From NCBI GenBank assembly GCA_022567015.1, contig JADFHR010000001.1, positions 1-27,731 on the forward strand: DNA of 27,731 nt, read 5' to 3'. The DNA is from Pseudomonadota bacterium. GTDB taxonomy: Bacteria > Pseudomonadota > Alphaproteobacteria > Rhodospirillales > 2-02-FULL-58-16. This document shows positions 16,872-26,326 of this stretch, piece by piece. The notes under the pieces are model-generated. The model saw only the letters and a program-made list of their open reading frames with translations, had not been told where the DNA came from and searched no databases. Both the position numbers and the translations under genes were made by a program. Every line of letters begins with the position of its first letter. Within the stretch, counting starts at the first letter, position 1.

Positions 16872-17603
16872 CTAGCCCACGGTCCTGTCCGGCCCAATGA
16901 TCGTGTACGCGCCGTTGCCGGTGACGACGTCGGCAAAAGCCCCCGGATTGTGAATGGAAAAGACCAGAATGGGAACCTCGTTCTCGCGCGCCAGTGCAAT
17001 GGCGGAGGTGTCCATGACCTTCAGGTCCCGCGACAGAACGTCCTGGTACGAAAGCCTGTCGAAACGTTTGGCGTCCTTCACTTTCTTCGGGTCCGCGCTG
17101 TAGACGCCGTCCACCTGCGTACCCTTGAGCAAGGCGTCGCAATTCATTTCGACGGCGCGCAGGGCGGCCGCCGTGTCGGTGGTGAAGAACGGATTCCCGG
17201 TGCCCGCGGCGAAGATCACGATGCGGCCCTTTTCCATGTGGCGCAGGGCCCGGCGGCGGACGTAAGGCTCGCACACCGCGGCCATGGGAATCGCCGACTG
17301 TACCCGGGTCTGCACGCCTTTGCCCTCGAGCATGCTTTGCACGGCCAGGGCGTTGATCACGGTGGCCAACATCCCCATGTAGTCGGCGCTCGTGCGTTCG
17401 ATGCCGGAGCCGGCGGAGCCCCCCCGGAAAATATTGCCGCCGCCGATGACCAGGCAGATCTGGACGCCCATGTCGTGGACGCCGCGGATCTCCGTGGCGA
17501 TGCGTTCCATGGTGCCCGAATCGAACCCGAAGGCCTTTTCGCCCATCAAACCCTGGCCGGAGAGTTTCAGCAGGACGCGTCGGTATTTTGGATTCCGCGA
17601 CAT
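16872..17603 (-). CDS. pyrH: UMP kinase
   Basis: Start reassigned to ATG 17603 ([16 protein letters not shown]). [47 protein letters not shown]. Confidence 0.97.
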   Translation of the reverse strand: MSRNPKYRRVLLKLSGQGLMGEKAFGFDSGTMERIATEIRGVHDMGVQICLVIGGGNIFRGGSAGSGIERTSADYMGMLATVINALAVQSMLEGKGVQTRVQSAIPMAAVCEPYVRRRALRHMEKGRIVIFAAGTGNPFFTTDTAAALRAVEMNCDALLKGTQVDGVYSADPKKVKDAKRFDRLSYQDVLSRDLKVMDTSAIALARENEVPILVFSIHNPGAFADVVTGNGAYTIIGPDRTVG

Positions 17604-17723
17604 GACGCACTCCGCATAAGTCTTCCCGGCACAGGAGGGGACATCGCGGCGGATGGCCCAAGGCGCTCCCATGGGGCCGATGACTTCCCGGAAGCTTGAT
17701 CCTCCTCCCCGATCGACGGCGCG

Positions 17724-17756
17724 ATGTTACACCATTGGCCCTAAGTACCCTTTAAC
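17724..17756 (-). promoter_or_regulatory. Candidate CtrA-binding site over the -35 region of a putative pyrH promoter
   Basis: CTAA-GTACCCT-TTAAC at 17741-17756 (1 mismatch to TTAA-N7-TTAAC); minus-strand -10-like TAACAT at 17729-17724. Confidence 0.35.
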
Positions 17757-17809
17757 ATAATAGGATAGAGCGGACTAAACGGTCTTGATTTATCTCCGCC
17801 GCCGCCCCG

Positions 17810-18736
17810 TCAACCGCCGAGGACCGCCGCCACGTCGGCGGCCAGGTCGCCGGCCTGCTTTTCGATGCCCTCGCCCAGCAAATAGCGCACGAAACCCTTG
17901 ACCGCGACCACCCCGCCGGCATCCTCGGCCGCCGCCTCGAGGACCTTGCCGACCTTGCTTTCGCCATCGATCACATAGGTTTGATCGAGCAGGCATACGT
18001 CCTCGTAATACTTGCGCAGACGGCCCTCGGCCATTTTTTCGACGATGTCGTCCGGCTTGCCGGTGGCGCGTGCCTGCTCCCTGAGAAAATCGCGTTCGCG
18101 TTCCACCGCCGCCGGGTCCATGTCCTGGCGGGAAACCGCCTGCGGACTGGCCGCCGCCACGTGCATGGCCAGCCGCTTGCCGAGCGTCTCCAGGTTGGCG
18201 CCGCCGCCGGGGCCCTCCACGGCCACCAGCACCCCGATCTTGCCCAGGCCCGGCGCCAGGGCGTTGTGCATGTACGACGCCAGGACGCCCGACTCCACGG
18301 TGAGCACCGCCGCCCGGCGAATCCTCAGGTTTTCGCCGACGGTTGCGACCAAGCTGGTCAACTGCTCCTCGACGGTCTTGCCGGTTTCAGGGTAGGCGGC
18401 GCCTTTCAGGGCCTCCAGGTCGCCGCCGGTGTGCAGCGCCAGGCCGGCGACCGTCCTCACGAAGTCCTGGAAAGTCTCGTTGCGCGCCACGAAGTCGGTC
18501 TCCGCGTTGACCTCGACGACGGCGCCCGCGGTGCCGTCGACGGCGATGCCGACAAGACCCTCCGAGGCCACCCGGCCGGCCTTTTTGGCGGCCGCCGCCA
18601 GGCCCTTCTTGCGTAACCAGGCTACCGCCGCGTCCGCGTCCCCGCCGGTTTCCGTCAGCGCGTGCTTGCAGTCCATCATGCCGGCGCCGGTGTTCGCGCG
18701 CAGTTCCTTGACCTGGGCGGCGGTGATCTCGGCCAT
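17810..18736 (-). CDS. tsf: Elongation factor Ts
   Basis: [61 protein letters not shown]; SD GAGG. Confidence 0.99.
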   Translation of the reverse strand: MAEITAAQVKELRANTGAGMMDCKHALTETGGDADAAVAWLRKKGLAAAAKKAGRVASEGLVGIAVDGTAGAVVEVNAETDFVARNETFQDFVRTVAGLALHTGGDLEALKGAAYPETGKTVEEQLTSLVATVGENLRIRRAAVLTVESGVLASYMHNALAPGLGKIGVLVAVEGPGGGANLETLGKRLAMHVAAASPQAVSRQDMDPAAVERERDFLREQARATGKPDDIVEKMAEGRLRKYYEDVCLLDQTYVIDGESKVGKVLEAAAEDAGGVVAVKGFVRYLLGEGIEKQAGDLAADVAAVLGG

Positions 18737-18853
18737 ATTAATCCTCGTTCATAAGGTTTTGTAACGAGCGATTGATATTACTTCGGAATTCCATTGCGCA
18801 CGGACCGACTAGGTAATCCGCAAAGCCCTGTCGCCGGAGTCGGATGGCCCGCG

Positions 18854-19960
18854 CTAGCCGGCCGGCGGGGCTGCGTCCTTGGTGTCCTTGGTGTCCTCGC
18901 CGGTCTGGTCGGCAGGCGCCCCGGTTTCCGCCGGCTTCTCGGCGGCGGCTTTGGGTTCGGCCGGCTTCTCGGCGGCAGCCTCGGCCTCCGCCGGCTTCTC
19001 GGGGGCGGCTTCGGGTTCCGCCGGCTTCTCGGCGGCAGTCTCGGCCTCCGCCGGCTTCTCGGGGGCGGCTTTGGCCTCCGCCGGCTTCTCGGCGGCAGCC
19101 TCGGCCTCCGCCGGCTTCTCGGCGGCGGCTTTGGGTTCCGCCGGCTTTTCGGCGGCGGCTTTGGGTTCCGCCGGCTTCTCGGGGGCGGCCTTGGCCTCCG
19201 CCGGCTCCGCTTCGGGCAGATATTCCACGGGCGCGGCCTCGGATTCGCCCACATCCGCACCGGCAGACGTCATCTCCGCCTGGATGCCGTCGAGCACCGC
19301 TCCGGCCATCAGGTCGCAGTACAGGCCGATGGCACGGATGGCATCGTCGTTGCCGGGCACCGGATAATCGATGTCGTCGGGATCGCTGTTGCTGTCGATG
19401 ATGGCGACCACGGGGATGCCGAGCTTCTTGGCCTCGGCCACGGCGATGGCCTCCTTGAGGGTGTCGATGACGAACAGCACGTCGGGCAGGCCGCCCATTT
19501 CCTTGATGCCGCCCAAGGCGCGGTCCAGCTTGTCGCGCTCGCGGGTGAGGTGGAGCAGTTCCTTTTTGGTCAGGCCCACGCTTTCCTCGTCCAGTTGTTC
19601 ATCCAGATCGCGCAGGCGCTTGATCGAGTTGGAGATTGTCTGCCAGTTGGTCATCATGCCGCCGAGCCAGCGGTGGTTGACGTAGTGCTGGCCGCAGCGC
19701 TTGGCGGCTTCGGCGATCTTGTCACTCGCCTGCCGCTTGGTGCCGACGAACAGCACCCGCCCTCCCGCGGCAACGGTATCGCGCACCGCCGCCATGGCGC
19801 GGTGCAAAAGGGGCACCGTCTGCTGCAGGTCGATGATGTGGATTTTTTTGCGGACCCCGAACAGATAGGGGGCCATCTTGGGGTTCCAGCGCCGCGTGTT
19901 GTGCCCGAAGTGCACGCCCGCTTCCAGGAGCTGGCGTATGGTAAACGACGGTAATGCCAT
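18854..19960 (-). CDS. rpsB: 30S ribosomal protein S2 with long repetitive C-terminal extension
   Basis: Start reassigned to ATG 19960 ([20 protein letters not shown]). [33 protein letters not shown]; 368 aa. Confidence 0.98.
   Translation of the reverse strand: MALPSFTIRQLLEAGVHFGHNTRRWNPKMAPYLFGVRKKIHIIDLQQTVPLLHRAMAAVRDTVAAGGRVLFVGTKRQASDKIAEAAKRCGQHYVNHRWLGGMMTNWQTISNSIKRLRDLDEQLDEESVGLTKKELLHLTRERDKLDRALGGIKEMGGLPDVLFVIDTLKEAIAVAEAKKLGIPVVAIIDSNSDPDDIDYPVPGNDDAIRAIGLYCDLMAGAVLDGIQAEMTSAGADVGESEAAPVEYLPEAEPAEAKAAPEKPAEPKAAAEKPAEPKAAAEKPAEAEAAAEKPAEAKAAPEKPAEAETAAEKPAEPEAAPEKPAEAEAAAEKPAEPKAAAEKPAETGAPADQTGEDTKDTKDAAPPAG
18931..19200 (-). repeat. Nine tandem 30-bp coding repeats (decapeptide AE[P/A][K/E][A/T]A[A/P]EKP) in the rpsB tail
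   Basis: Units start every 30 nt from 18931, plus-strand consensus CCGGCTTCTCGG(C/G)GGC(G/A)GC(T/C)T(T/C)GG(G/C)(T/C)TCCG; partial copies at both flanks. Confidence 0.97.
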
Positions 19961-19974
19961 GGATGGTGTTCCTT

Positions 19975-20071
19975 CTCCGGTTAAGCCTCCGCGGGCACCA
20001 TCCGGCCAAGGACCGGACACCGGAGCGACACGGCCGGCGAATGTGCGCCGGCGGCCGCAATCCCGCGTGTG
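19975..20071 (-). promoter_or_regulatory. rpsB 5' leader, probable S2 autogenous-control RNA structure
   Basis: Leader begins CACACGCGGG and ends CCCGCGGAGGCTTAACC. CGCGGG (20067-20062) and CCCGCG (19995-19990) can pair. GGAGGC.TAACC resembles the conserved 3' element of proteobacterial rpsB leaders. Confidence 0.65.
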
Positions 20072-20083
20072 AATTTGCGCGGC

Positions 20084-20112
20084 TTGATAGCGTCCGGGGC
20101 GGAGAAATGCAA
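20084..20112 (-). promoter_or_regulatory. Sigma70 promoter for rpsB-tsf
   Basis: TTGCAT (20112-20107) - N17 - TATCAA (20089-20084), immediately upstream of the leader. Confidence 0.65.
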
Positions 20113-20125
20113 GGGAATTCGACGA

Positions 20126-20151
20126 TCAGCGCGGCGAAGCGGCCGGGCTGA
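20126..20151 (-). terminator. Hairpin just after the dnaE stop; lacks a U-tract, so weak terminator or stabiliser
   Basis: TCAGC-G-CGGC-GAAGCG-GCCG-G-GCTGA inverted repeat with one internal mismatch. Confidence 0.3.
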
Positions 20152-20153
20152 AT

Positions 20154-23100
20154 TTAAATCTCCCGCACATCCACGATGCCGGGGATGTCCCTGAGGGTGC
20201 GCAGCACGGCCGGCGACACCGCGAAACCGCCGGGCAGGTCGATCTCGACCTCGGTCGCCGCATCGATCCTGGAGACCAGTTTCACCCGCCCCCTGCCCTT
20301 GCCCTGGCCCATCAGCACCTCGTGCAGGCGGCCCAGGGGTTCCGCCGAATCGACGACCACGACGGCTCCCGGCGCCGCGCCGGCGGCCGCCTGATCCAGG
20401 GCCTCCAGGGCATTGGCGTTGAAGCGCGCCGCCTCGCCGTCGAAGCGGACGGTGGCCCTGATGAACAGGGAATGGCCCACCTCGAGGATGTCCTGGCAGG
20501 CGCTCAGGAGTTCGGAAAACACGGTCACCTCGAAAACGCCGGAGGTGTCGGAGAACTGCACGAAGGCGAAGCGGTTGCCCTGGCCCGAGGTGCGTTCCTT
20601 CTTGGCGATCACCGTTCCCGCCATGTTGACGGACCCCGGGCGGCCGTCGCTCACGATGTCGACGCAGCGGCGCACCTTCAGGCGCTCGAGGCGCCTGGCA
20701 AAGCCGTCCAGGGGATGGGCCGAAAGGTAAAACCCGACGGCCTCGGATTCATGGTTCAGGCGCTCGATGTCCGCCCAGTCGGGGACCTGGGGCAGCGAAT
20801 TCGCGGGCACCGGCGCCGCGTCGTCGCCGAACAGGCCGATCTGGTTGCTTTCCCGGTCATGGGCCGCGGCGCTGGCATGGCGCAAGAGGACGTCGATGCC
20901 GTCGAAAACCTGCCTGCGGTTGGGATTCAGGCCGTCGAAGGCGCCCGCCCTGGCCAGGTTTTCCAGTTGCCGCCTGTTGACGGCCTTGGGATTCAGGCGC
21001 CCGGCGAAGTCGAACAGGTCCTTGAACGGACCGTTCGCCCGGCGCTCGGCGACCACCTGTTCCATGGCCGCTTCGCCGACGTTCTTGACCGCGGCGAGCG
21101 CATAGCGGATGGCCCCCGGGCCGTCGCCGTCGCGCTCGACGGTGAACACCGCGTCCGACGCGTTGATGTCGGGGGGTAGAAGCGCCACGCCCAGGTGCGC
21201 CAGTTCGTGGCGGAAGGTGCCCAGCTTGTCGGTGTTGTGGATGTCCATGGTCATCGAGGCGGCCAGGAACTCGACCGGATAATTGGCCTTCATGTAGGCC
21301 GTCTGGTAGGCGACCATGGCATAGGCGGCGGCGTGGGACTTGTTGAAGCCGTAGCCGGCGAACTTGGCCACCTGATCGAAGATGTCGGAGGCCTTGGCCG
21401 CGGGCACCCCGCGCGCCGTGGCGCCGTCGACGAAGGACTGGCGCTGCTCGGCCATTTCCGACTTGATCTTCTTGCCCATGGCGCGGCGCAGAAGGTCGGC
21501 GTGGCCGAGGGTGAAGCCGGACAATTCCTGGGCGATCTGCATGACCTGTTCCTGGTAGATCATGATGCCGAAGGTTTCCTTGAGGATGCCTTCCAGGGTC
21601 GGGTGCAGATAGTCCGGTTTCTCCTCGCCGCGCTTGCGTTTGATGTAACTGGGGATGTTCTCCATGGGCCCCGGGCGGTAGAGCGCCACCACGGCGATGA
21701 TGTCCTCGAAGGTGTCGAGCCTGAGCTTGCGCAGCACCTCGCGCATGCCGGTGCTTTCCAACTGGAACACGCCGGTGGTCTCGCCGCGCCCCAGCATCCC
21801 GAAGGTGAGGGCGTCGTCCAGGGGCAGGTCCGAGAGGTCGACGTCGATGCCCCGTTCGCCGACCAGCTCCACGGCCCTGGCCAGCACGGTCAGGGTCTTG
21901 AGACCCAGGAAATCGAACTTCACCAGCCCCGACAATTCCACGTATTTCATGCTGAAGCCGGTCACCGGCATCTCCGAGCGCGGGTCGCGGTAAAGCGGGA
22001 TCAGCTCGTCCAGCGGACGGTCGCCGATGACCAGGCCGGCGGCGTGGGTGGAGGCGTGGCGATACAGCCCCTCCAGCCGGCGGGCGATATCGACAAGCCT
22101 GGAAACGGCCTCGTCGCTCTCCACCATCCGGCGGAACTCGGGCTCCCCGGCGATGGCCCGGTCCAGGGTGACCGGATCGGCGGGATTGAAGGGCACCAGC
22201 TTGCAGATGCGGTCGACCAGGGAATAGGGCATCTCCAGGACCCGGCCCACGTCGCGCAGGACCGCGCGCGCCTGCAGCTTGCCGAAGGTGATGATCTGGG
22301 CCACGTGGTCGTGGCCGTACTTGTCCTGCACGTAGTGGATGACTTCGTCCCGGCGCTCCTGACAGAAGTCGATGTCGAAGTCGGGCATGGAAACCCGCTC
22401 GGGATTTAAAAATCGCTCGAACAGGAGCCCGAAACGGAGGGGATCCAGGTCCGTGATGGTCAACGCCCAGGCGACCACGGAACCGGCCCCCGAGCCCCGC
22501 CCCGGGCCCACGGGGATGCCCTGGTCCTTGGCCCAGCGGATGAAGTCGGCGACGATGAGGAAATAGCCCGCATAGCCCATTTCCACGATGACCTTGAGCT
22601 CGTAGTCCAGGCGTTCCCGGTAGGGCCGGGCCACGTCCTGGCGCCCGGCTTGCGGCAGGTCCGCCGTCCACACCTGGCTTTGCACGCGCTTTTCCAGGCC
22701 GCTCACCGCCTGGGCGCGCAGTTCGTCCTCTTCGCTGCGCCCCTCGCCGCAATCGTAGGCCGGCAGGATGGGGTCCGCCGCGCGCACCATGAAGGCGCAG
22801 CGCCGGGCGACGACGACGGTGTTGTCCACCGCCTCGGGCAGGTCGGCGAACAGGGCCCGCATCTCTTCCGCCCCCTTGAAGGAATGCTCGGGGGTCAGGC
22901 GGCGGCGGTCGGTCTGGGAGAGATAGGCGCCCGCGGAGATGCAGATGAGGGCGTCGTGGGCCTCGTACATGTCCCGGGTGGCGAAGAAGGCCTCGTTGGT
23001 GGCCACCAGGGGCAGATCGTGCTTATAGGCGAGATCGAGGAGCGCCGGCTCGATCGACTCTTCGGCGTCCAGTCCGTGGCGCTGGAGCTCCACATACAGC

Positions 23101-23609
23101 CGTCCCGGAAACGCCCCGGCCAGGCGCCCGAGAACGTCCTCCGCCGCCGCGCCCTGGCCTTCGGCGAGGAGCGTCCCCACGGGCCCGGCCGGCCCGCCGG
23201 TAAGCGCGATGAGGCCGTCGGCGCGCTCCTCCAGGGCGGCCAGGGTAACGTTCGGGTCGTCGGCGCTGAGATAGGCCTGGCTGAGCAGTTTGAGCAGGTT
23301 GCGGTAACCGCCCTCGTTCTGCACCAACAGCACCAGGGCGTTGGTCGTCGCCCGTTCGCCGTCGCGCCGGCCGGCCCTGATGTCCTGGCGCGCGATGCTC
23401 AGCTGGCACCCGATGATGGGCTGCACCCCGGCCGCCGCGCAGGCGGACGAGAACTCGAGCGCGCCGAAAAGGTTGTTGGTGTCGGTGACGGCCACCGCCG
23501 GCATGCGCGCGTCACGGCAGAGCGTCACCAGATCCTTGACGTGGATCGCACCTTCGGCGAGGGAATAGGCGGAATGAACGCGCAGGTGAACGAAGTCGGC
23601 GTGGGCCAT
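20154..23609 (-). CDS. dnaE: DNA polymerase III alpha subunit (DnaE1)
   Basis: [75 protein letters not shown]-terminal OB fold; 1151 aa, no intein. Confidence 0.99.
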   Translation of the reverse strand: MAHADFVHLRVHSAYSLAEGAIHVKDLVTLCRDARMPAVAVTDTNNLFGALEFSSACAAAGVQPIIGCQLSIARQDIRAGRRDGERATTNALVLLVQNEGGYRNLLKLLSQAYLSADDPNVTLAALEERADGLIALTGGPAGPVGTLLAEGQGAAAEDVLGRLAGAFPGRLYVELQRHGLDAEESIEPALLDLAYKHDLPLVATNEAFFATRDMYEAHDALICISAGAYLSQTDRRRLTPEHSFKGAEEMRALFADLPEAVDNTVVVARRCAFMVRAADPILPAYDCGEGRSEEDELRAQAVSGLEKRVQSQVWTADLPQAGRQDVARPYRERLDYELKVIVEMGYAGYFLIVADFIRWAKDQGIPVGPGRGSGAGSVVAWALTITDLDPLRFGLLFERFLNPERVSMPDFDIDFCQERRDEVIHYVQDKYGHDHVAQIITFGKLQARAVLRDVGRVLEMPYSLVDRICKLVPFNPADPVTLDRAIAGEPEFRRMVESDEAVSRLVDIARRLEGLYRHASTHAAGLVIGDRPLDELIPLYRDPRSEMPVTGFSMKYVELSGLVKFDFLGLKTLTVLARAVELVGERGIDVDLSDLPLDDALTFGMLGRGETTGVFQLESTGMREVLRKLRLDTFEDIIAVVALYRPGPMENIPSYIKRKRGEEKPDYLHPTLEGILKETFGIMIYQEQVMQIAQELSGFTLGHADLLRRAMGKKIKSEMAEQRQSFVDGATARGVPAAKASDIFDQVAKFAGYGFNKSHAAAYAMVAYQTAYMKANYPVEFLAASMTMDIHNTDKLGTFRHELAHLGVALLPPDINASDAVFTVERDGDGPGAIRYALAAVKNVGEAAMEQVVAERRANGPFKDLFDFAGRLNPKAVNRRQLENLARAGAFDGLNPNRRQVFDGIDVLLRHASAAAHDRESNQIGLFGDDAAPVPANSLPQVPDWADIERLNHESEAVGFYLSAHPLDGFARRLERLKVRRCVDIVSDGRPGSVNMAGTVIAKKERTSGQGNRFAFVQFSDTSGVFEVTVFSELLSACQDILEVGHSLFIRATVRFDGEAARFNANALEALDQAAAGAAPGAVVVVDSAEPLGRLHEVLMGQGKGRGRVKLVSRIDAATEVEIDLPGGFAVSPAVLRTLRDIPGIVDVREI

Positions 23610-23668
23610 GGGCCAAGGATTCCACAGCGCGCCCCAAGAGTCATCAAGATGTGGGAGGTGTCACCGGG

Positions 23669-23698
23669 TTATCCACAAGAAATTGCGGTTTATTCACA
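23669..23698. promoter_or_regulatory. Two DnaA boxes upstream of dnaE
   Basis: TTATCCACA at 23669-23677 (perfect) and TTATTCACA at 23690-23698 (fits TTWTNCACA), same orientation, 21 bp apart. Confidence 0.7.
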
Positions 23699-23720
23699 GA
23701 GCGCGGTCGGCGCTGCCGCG

Positions 23721-24401
23721 TCATTCCGACACCAGCACGCCGTCCTCGAGCCGCACGGTGCGATCCATCCGCGCCGCCAGGACCGGATTGTGGGTGGCGA
23801 CCAGGGCGGCGAGCCCGGCGCCGCGGCTCAGCCGAAGCAACACGGAAAACACGTCCCCCGCCGTGCCCGGGTCGAGGTTGCCGGTGGGCTCGTCGGCGAG
23901 CAGCAGCTTGGGCGCATTGGCAAGGGCGCGGGCGATGGCGACCCGCTGCTGTTCGCCGCCCGAGAGCTTGCCGGGGCGGTGGCTGGCGCGGTCGCTCAGG
24001 TCCAGCCATTGCAGCAACTCCATGGCCCGGGCGCGCGCCTGGACGCGATCGAGCCCGGCGATGATCTGGGGGATGAGGATGTTCTCCAGGGCGGAAAACT
24101 CGGGCAGCAGATGGTGCTGCTGGTAGACGAAGCCGATGTTGTGGCGGCGCATGCGGGTCCGCGCGTCGTCGTCGAAGATGCGGCTGGATTCGCCGCAGAC
24201 CGACACCTCGCCCGCGTCGGGTTTCTCCAGGAGTCCGGCGATATGGAGAAGCGTCGACTTGCCGGCCCCGGACGGCCCGACCAGGGCCACGATCTCGCCT
24301 TCGCGCAGCTCCAGATCGACGCCGCGCAGCACCTCCAGGGTCGTCCGCCCCTGCTGGAAGGTGCGCACCACGCCGCCCAGGGCGAGCACGCGCTTACTCA
24401 T
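23721..24401 (-). CDS. lolD: Lipoprotein-releasing ABC transporter ATP-binding protein
   Basis: Walker [49 protein letters not shown]; overlaps the lolE stop by 8 nt. Confidence 0.95.
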   Translation of the reverse strand: MSKRVLALGGVVRTFQQGRTTLEVLRGVDLELREGEIVALVGPSGAGKSTLLHIAGLLEKPDAGEVSVCGESSRIFDDDARTRMRRHNIGFVYQQHHLLPEFSALENILIPQIIAGLDRVQARARAMELLQWLDLSDRASHRPGKLSGGEQQRVAIARALANAPKLLLADEPTGNLDPGTAGDVFSVLLRLSRGAGLAALVATHNPVLAARMDRTVRLEDGVLVSE

Positions 24402-25638
24402 AGCGCAGCGCCTCCGCCGGATCGATGCGCGCCGCCCGCCACGACGGATACAACGTGGCCAGGAACGACAGCCCCAGGCCCATGAGCACCACCATCGCCA
24501 CCTCCGCCGGGTCCGCCACCGCCGGGAGCCGGGAGAGGAAGTAGATTTCGGCGGCGAACAACTCGGTCCCGGTGAGTCCCTGGATCCACTGGCGGATGGT
24601 CTCGATGTTCTGGGTGAAGGTCAGGCCGAGGATAAATCCGGCCGTGGTGCCGATGATGCCCACGCTGGCGCCGCTGAGGAAGAAGATGCGCATGATGGTG
24701 CCTCTCGTCGCGCCCATGGTGCGCAGGATGGCGATGTCGCGGCCCTTGTCCTTGACCAGCATGATCATGCTGGAAATGATGTTGAACGCCGCCACCACGA
24801 TGATGAGGGTGAGAATCAGGAACATGACGTTCCGTTCCACCTGGATGGCGTTGAAGAAGCTGGCGTTGGCCTGTTGCCAATCGTGGATGCGGCCCTTGCC
24901 GCCGATGGCCTTCAGGATGTCCTCGCCGACGGCGATCGCCCGGTCGGGGTCCTCGACGAACACCTCCAGGTTGGTCACCGCCGCGGGCAGGCGGAAGTAC
25001 ACCTGGGCCGCCTCCAGGGGCAGGAAGACGAATCCCGAATCGTACTCGTACATGCCGATCTCGAAGGTGGCGGCGATGCGATAGGCGCGCATGCGCGGCA
25101 CCGTGCCGAAGACGGTGACGGTGCCCTTGGGGGAAATGAGCGTGATCTTGTCGCCGATGCGCAGTCCCAGCAGGCTCGCCAGGCGGGTGCCCACGACCAC
25201 CGCGTCACCGCCTTTGAAATCGTCCAGGGAGCCGGAAACGATGTTTTCGGCGATGACGGCGCGCCCGGCAAGGTCCTCCACCCTCAGGCCGCGCACCACC
25301 GCGCCCCTGGCCACGCCCTTGGCGGTCACCATCACCTGGCGTTCGATGATGGGGGTGACGGTGACGACGCCGGGAACCTTGCGCACCTTTTCGGCCAGGG
25401 GGTCGAACCCGGTCAGCGAATTCGTCGTGCCGTAGACGCTCAAATGTCCGTTGATGCCCAGGATGCGGGTCATGAGTTCCTGGCGGAAGCCGTTCATCAC
25501 CGCCATGACGATGATCAGGGTCGCCACCCCAAGGGCGATGCCGAGCAGGGAAAACCATGCGATGACGGAGATAAACCCCTCCTGGCGGCGCGCCCTCAGG
25601 TAGCGCATGGCCACCATCCATTCGAAAGCGGAAAACAC
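24394..25638 (-). CDS. lolE: Lipoprotein-releasing ABC transporter permease (single LolC/E-type subunit)
   Basis: [84 protein letters not shown]. Confidence 0.93.
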   Translation of the reverse strand: MFSAFEWMVAMRYLRARRQEGFISVIAWFSLLGIALGVATLIIVMAVMNGFRQELMTRILGINGHLSVYGTTNSLTGFDPLAEKVRKVPGVVTVTPIIERQVMVTAKGVARGAVVRGLRVEDLAGRAVIAENIVSGSLDDFKGGDAVVVGTRLASLLGLRIGDKITLISPKGTVTVFGTVPRMRAYRIAATFEIGMYEYDSGFVFLPLEAAQVYFRLPAAVTNLEVFVEDPDRAIAVGEDILKAIGGKGRIHDWQQANASFFNAIQVERNVMFLILTLIIVVAAFNIISSMIMLVKDKGRDIAILRTMGATRGTIMRIFFLSGASVGIIGTTAGFILGLTFTQNIETIRQWIQGLTGTELFAAEIYFLSRLPAVADPAEVAMVVLMGLGLSFLATLYPSWRAARIDPAEALRYE

Positions 25639-25658
25639 CTAAGTTCGTCCTTTCCCGG

Positions 25659-26288
25659 TTACGGCCGGTTCAGTCCGGAGCGCACCATCTCGATGCGCGC
25701 CGCCGGCGCATCGGCGAACCGGCCGGCGTCGAAGGGCGGTTCCGGGGCGTATTCGAGAACCAGTTGAATGGCCTTCGCCACCTCTTCGCCGGCCACGTCC
25801 GCCGCCAGGCCCAGCGCCATGTCGATGCCCGACGATACCCCCGCCGCGGTGATCACCCTGCCCCGCTTGACCACCCGCTGGCGGACCGGGATCGCGCCGA
25901 ACGCGGCAAGATCGTCCATCGCCCGCCAGTGGGTGGTCGCCTGCACGCCCTTGAGGATCCCGGCGCCGCCGAGGATCAGGGCGCCCGTGCAAACGGACGT
26001 GGTCCAGCGGCTGTTCTGGTGCACGGCGGCGACCCAGCCGGTGATCTCCGCATCCGCCGCCGCCGCGTCGGCGCCGGGACCGCCCGGGACCACCAGGATC
26101 TCCGGCGCCGGCACCCGATCCAGGGCATAGTCGGCGATGAGTCCCAGGCGTCCGCCCGTCGTCCGGTATTCCCCCGGCTTCTTGGCCACGAACTTGACCT
26201 CGGCGCCGGGGAGTCTGCCCAGCACCTCGAAGGGACCGACGGCGTCCAGGGGCGTGATCCCATCGAAGAGCAAAATGGCGATTTCCAT
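25659..26288 (-). CDS. DJ-1/PfpI-family protein, isonitrile hydratase (InhA)-like subfamily
   Basis: Start reassigned to ATG 26288 (MEIAILLFDGITPLDAVGP). VPGG, nucleophile elbow TSVCTGA, ATTHW, AAGVSSGIDMAL, LEYAPEPPFDAG; 209 aa. Confidence 0.88.
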   Translation of the reverse strand: MEIAILLFDGITPLDAVGPFEVLGRLPGAEVKFVAKKPGEYRTTGGRLGLIADYALDRVPAPEILVVPGGPGADAAAADAEITGWVAAVHQNSRWTTSVCTGALILGGAGILKGVQATTHWRAMDDLAAFGAIPVRQRVVKRGRVITAAGVSSGIDMALGLAADVAGEEVAKAIQLVLEYAPEPPFDAGRFADAPAARIEMVRSGLNRP

Positions 26289-26326
26289 GGGTGCGCCGTC
26301 TCCCTGGGAACCGGGGTCCCGCCCGG

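Noticed and set aside
18931-19200. 30-bp periodic array as a possible CRISPR
   Set aside because: Units are contiguous with no unique spacers, are in-frame coding, vary mainly as amino-acid variants, and there are no cas genes.
20154-23609. Intein or split dnaE
   Set aside because: Normal length, and the usual insertion site GYGFNKSH is uninterrupted.
23610-23720. Replication origin (oriC)
   Set aside because: Only two good DnaA boxes in 111 bp, no AT-rich unwinding element, and no origin-typical neighbours; a regulatory role is more plausible.
16311-25767. Long plus-strand ORFs (16311-17699, 18794-19954, 21195-22409, 22650-24485, 24136-25767)
   Set aside because: Mirror frames of highly GC3-biased minus-strand genes; no recognisable motifs or RBS.
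2468-26288. gloA and the DJ-1 gene as a coordinated methylglyoxal-detox system flanking the cluster
   Set aside because: They are 23 kb apart in different transcription units, and the DJ-1 protein looks InhA-like rather than glyoxalase III-like; probably coincidence.
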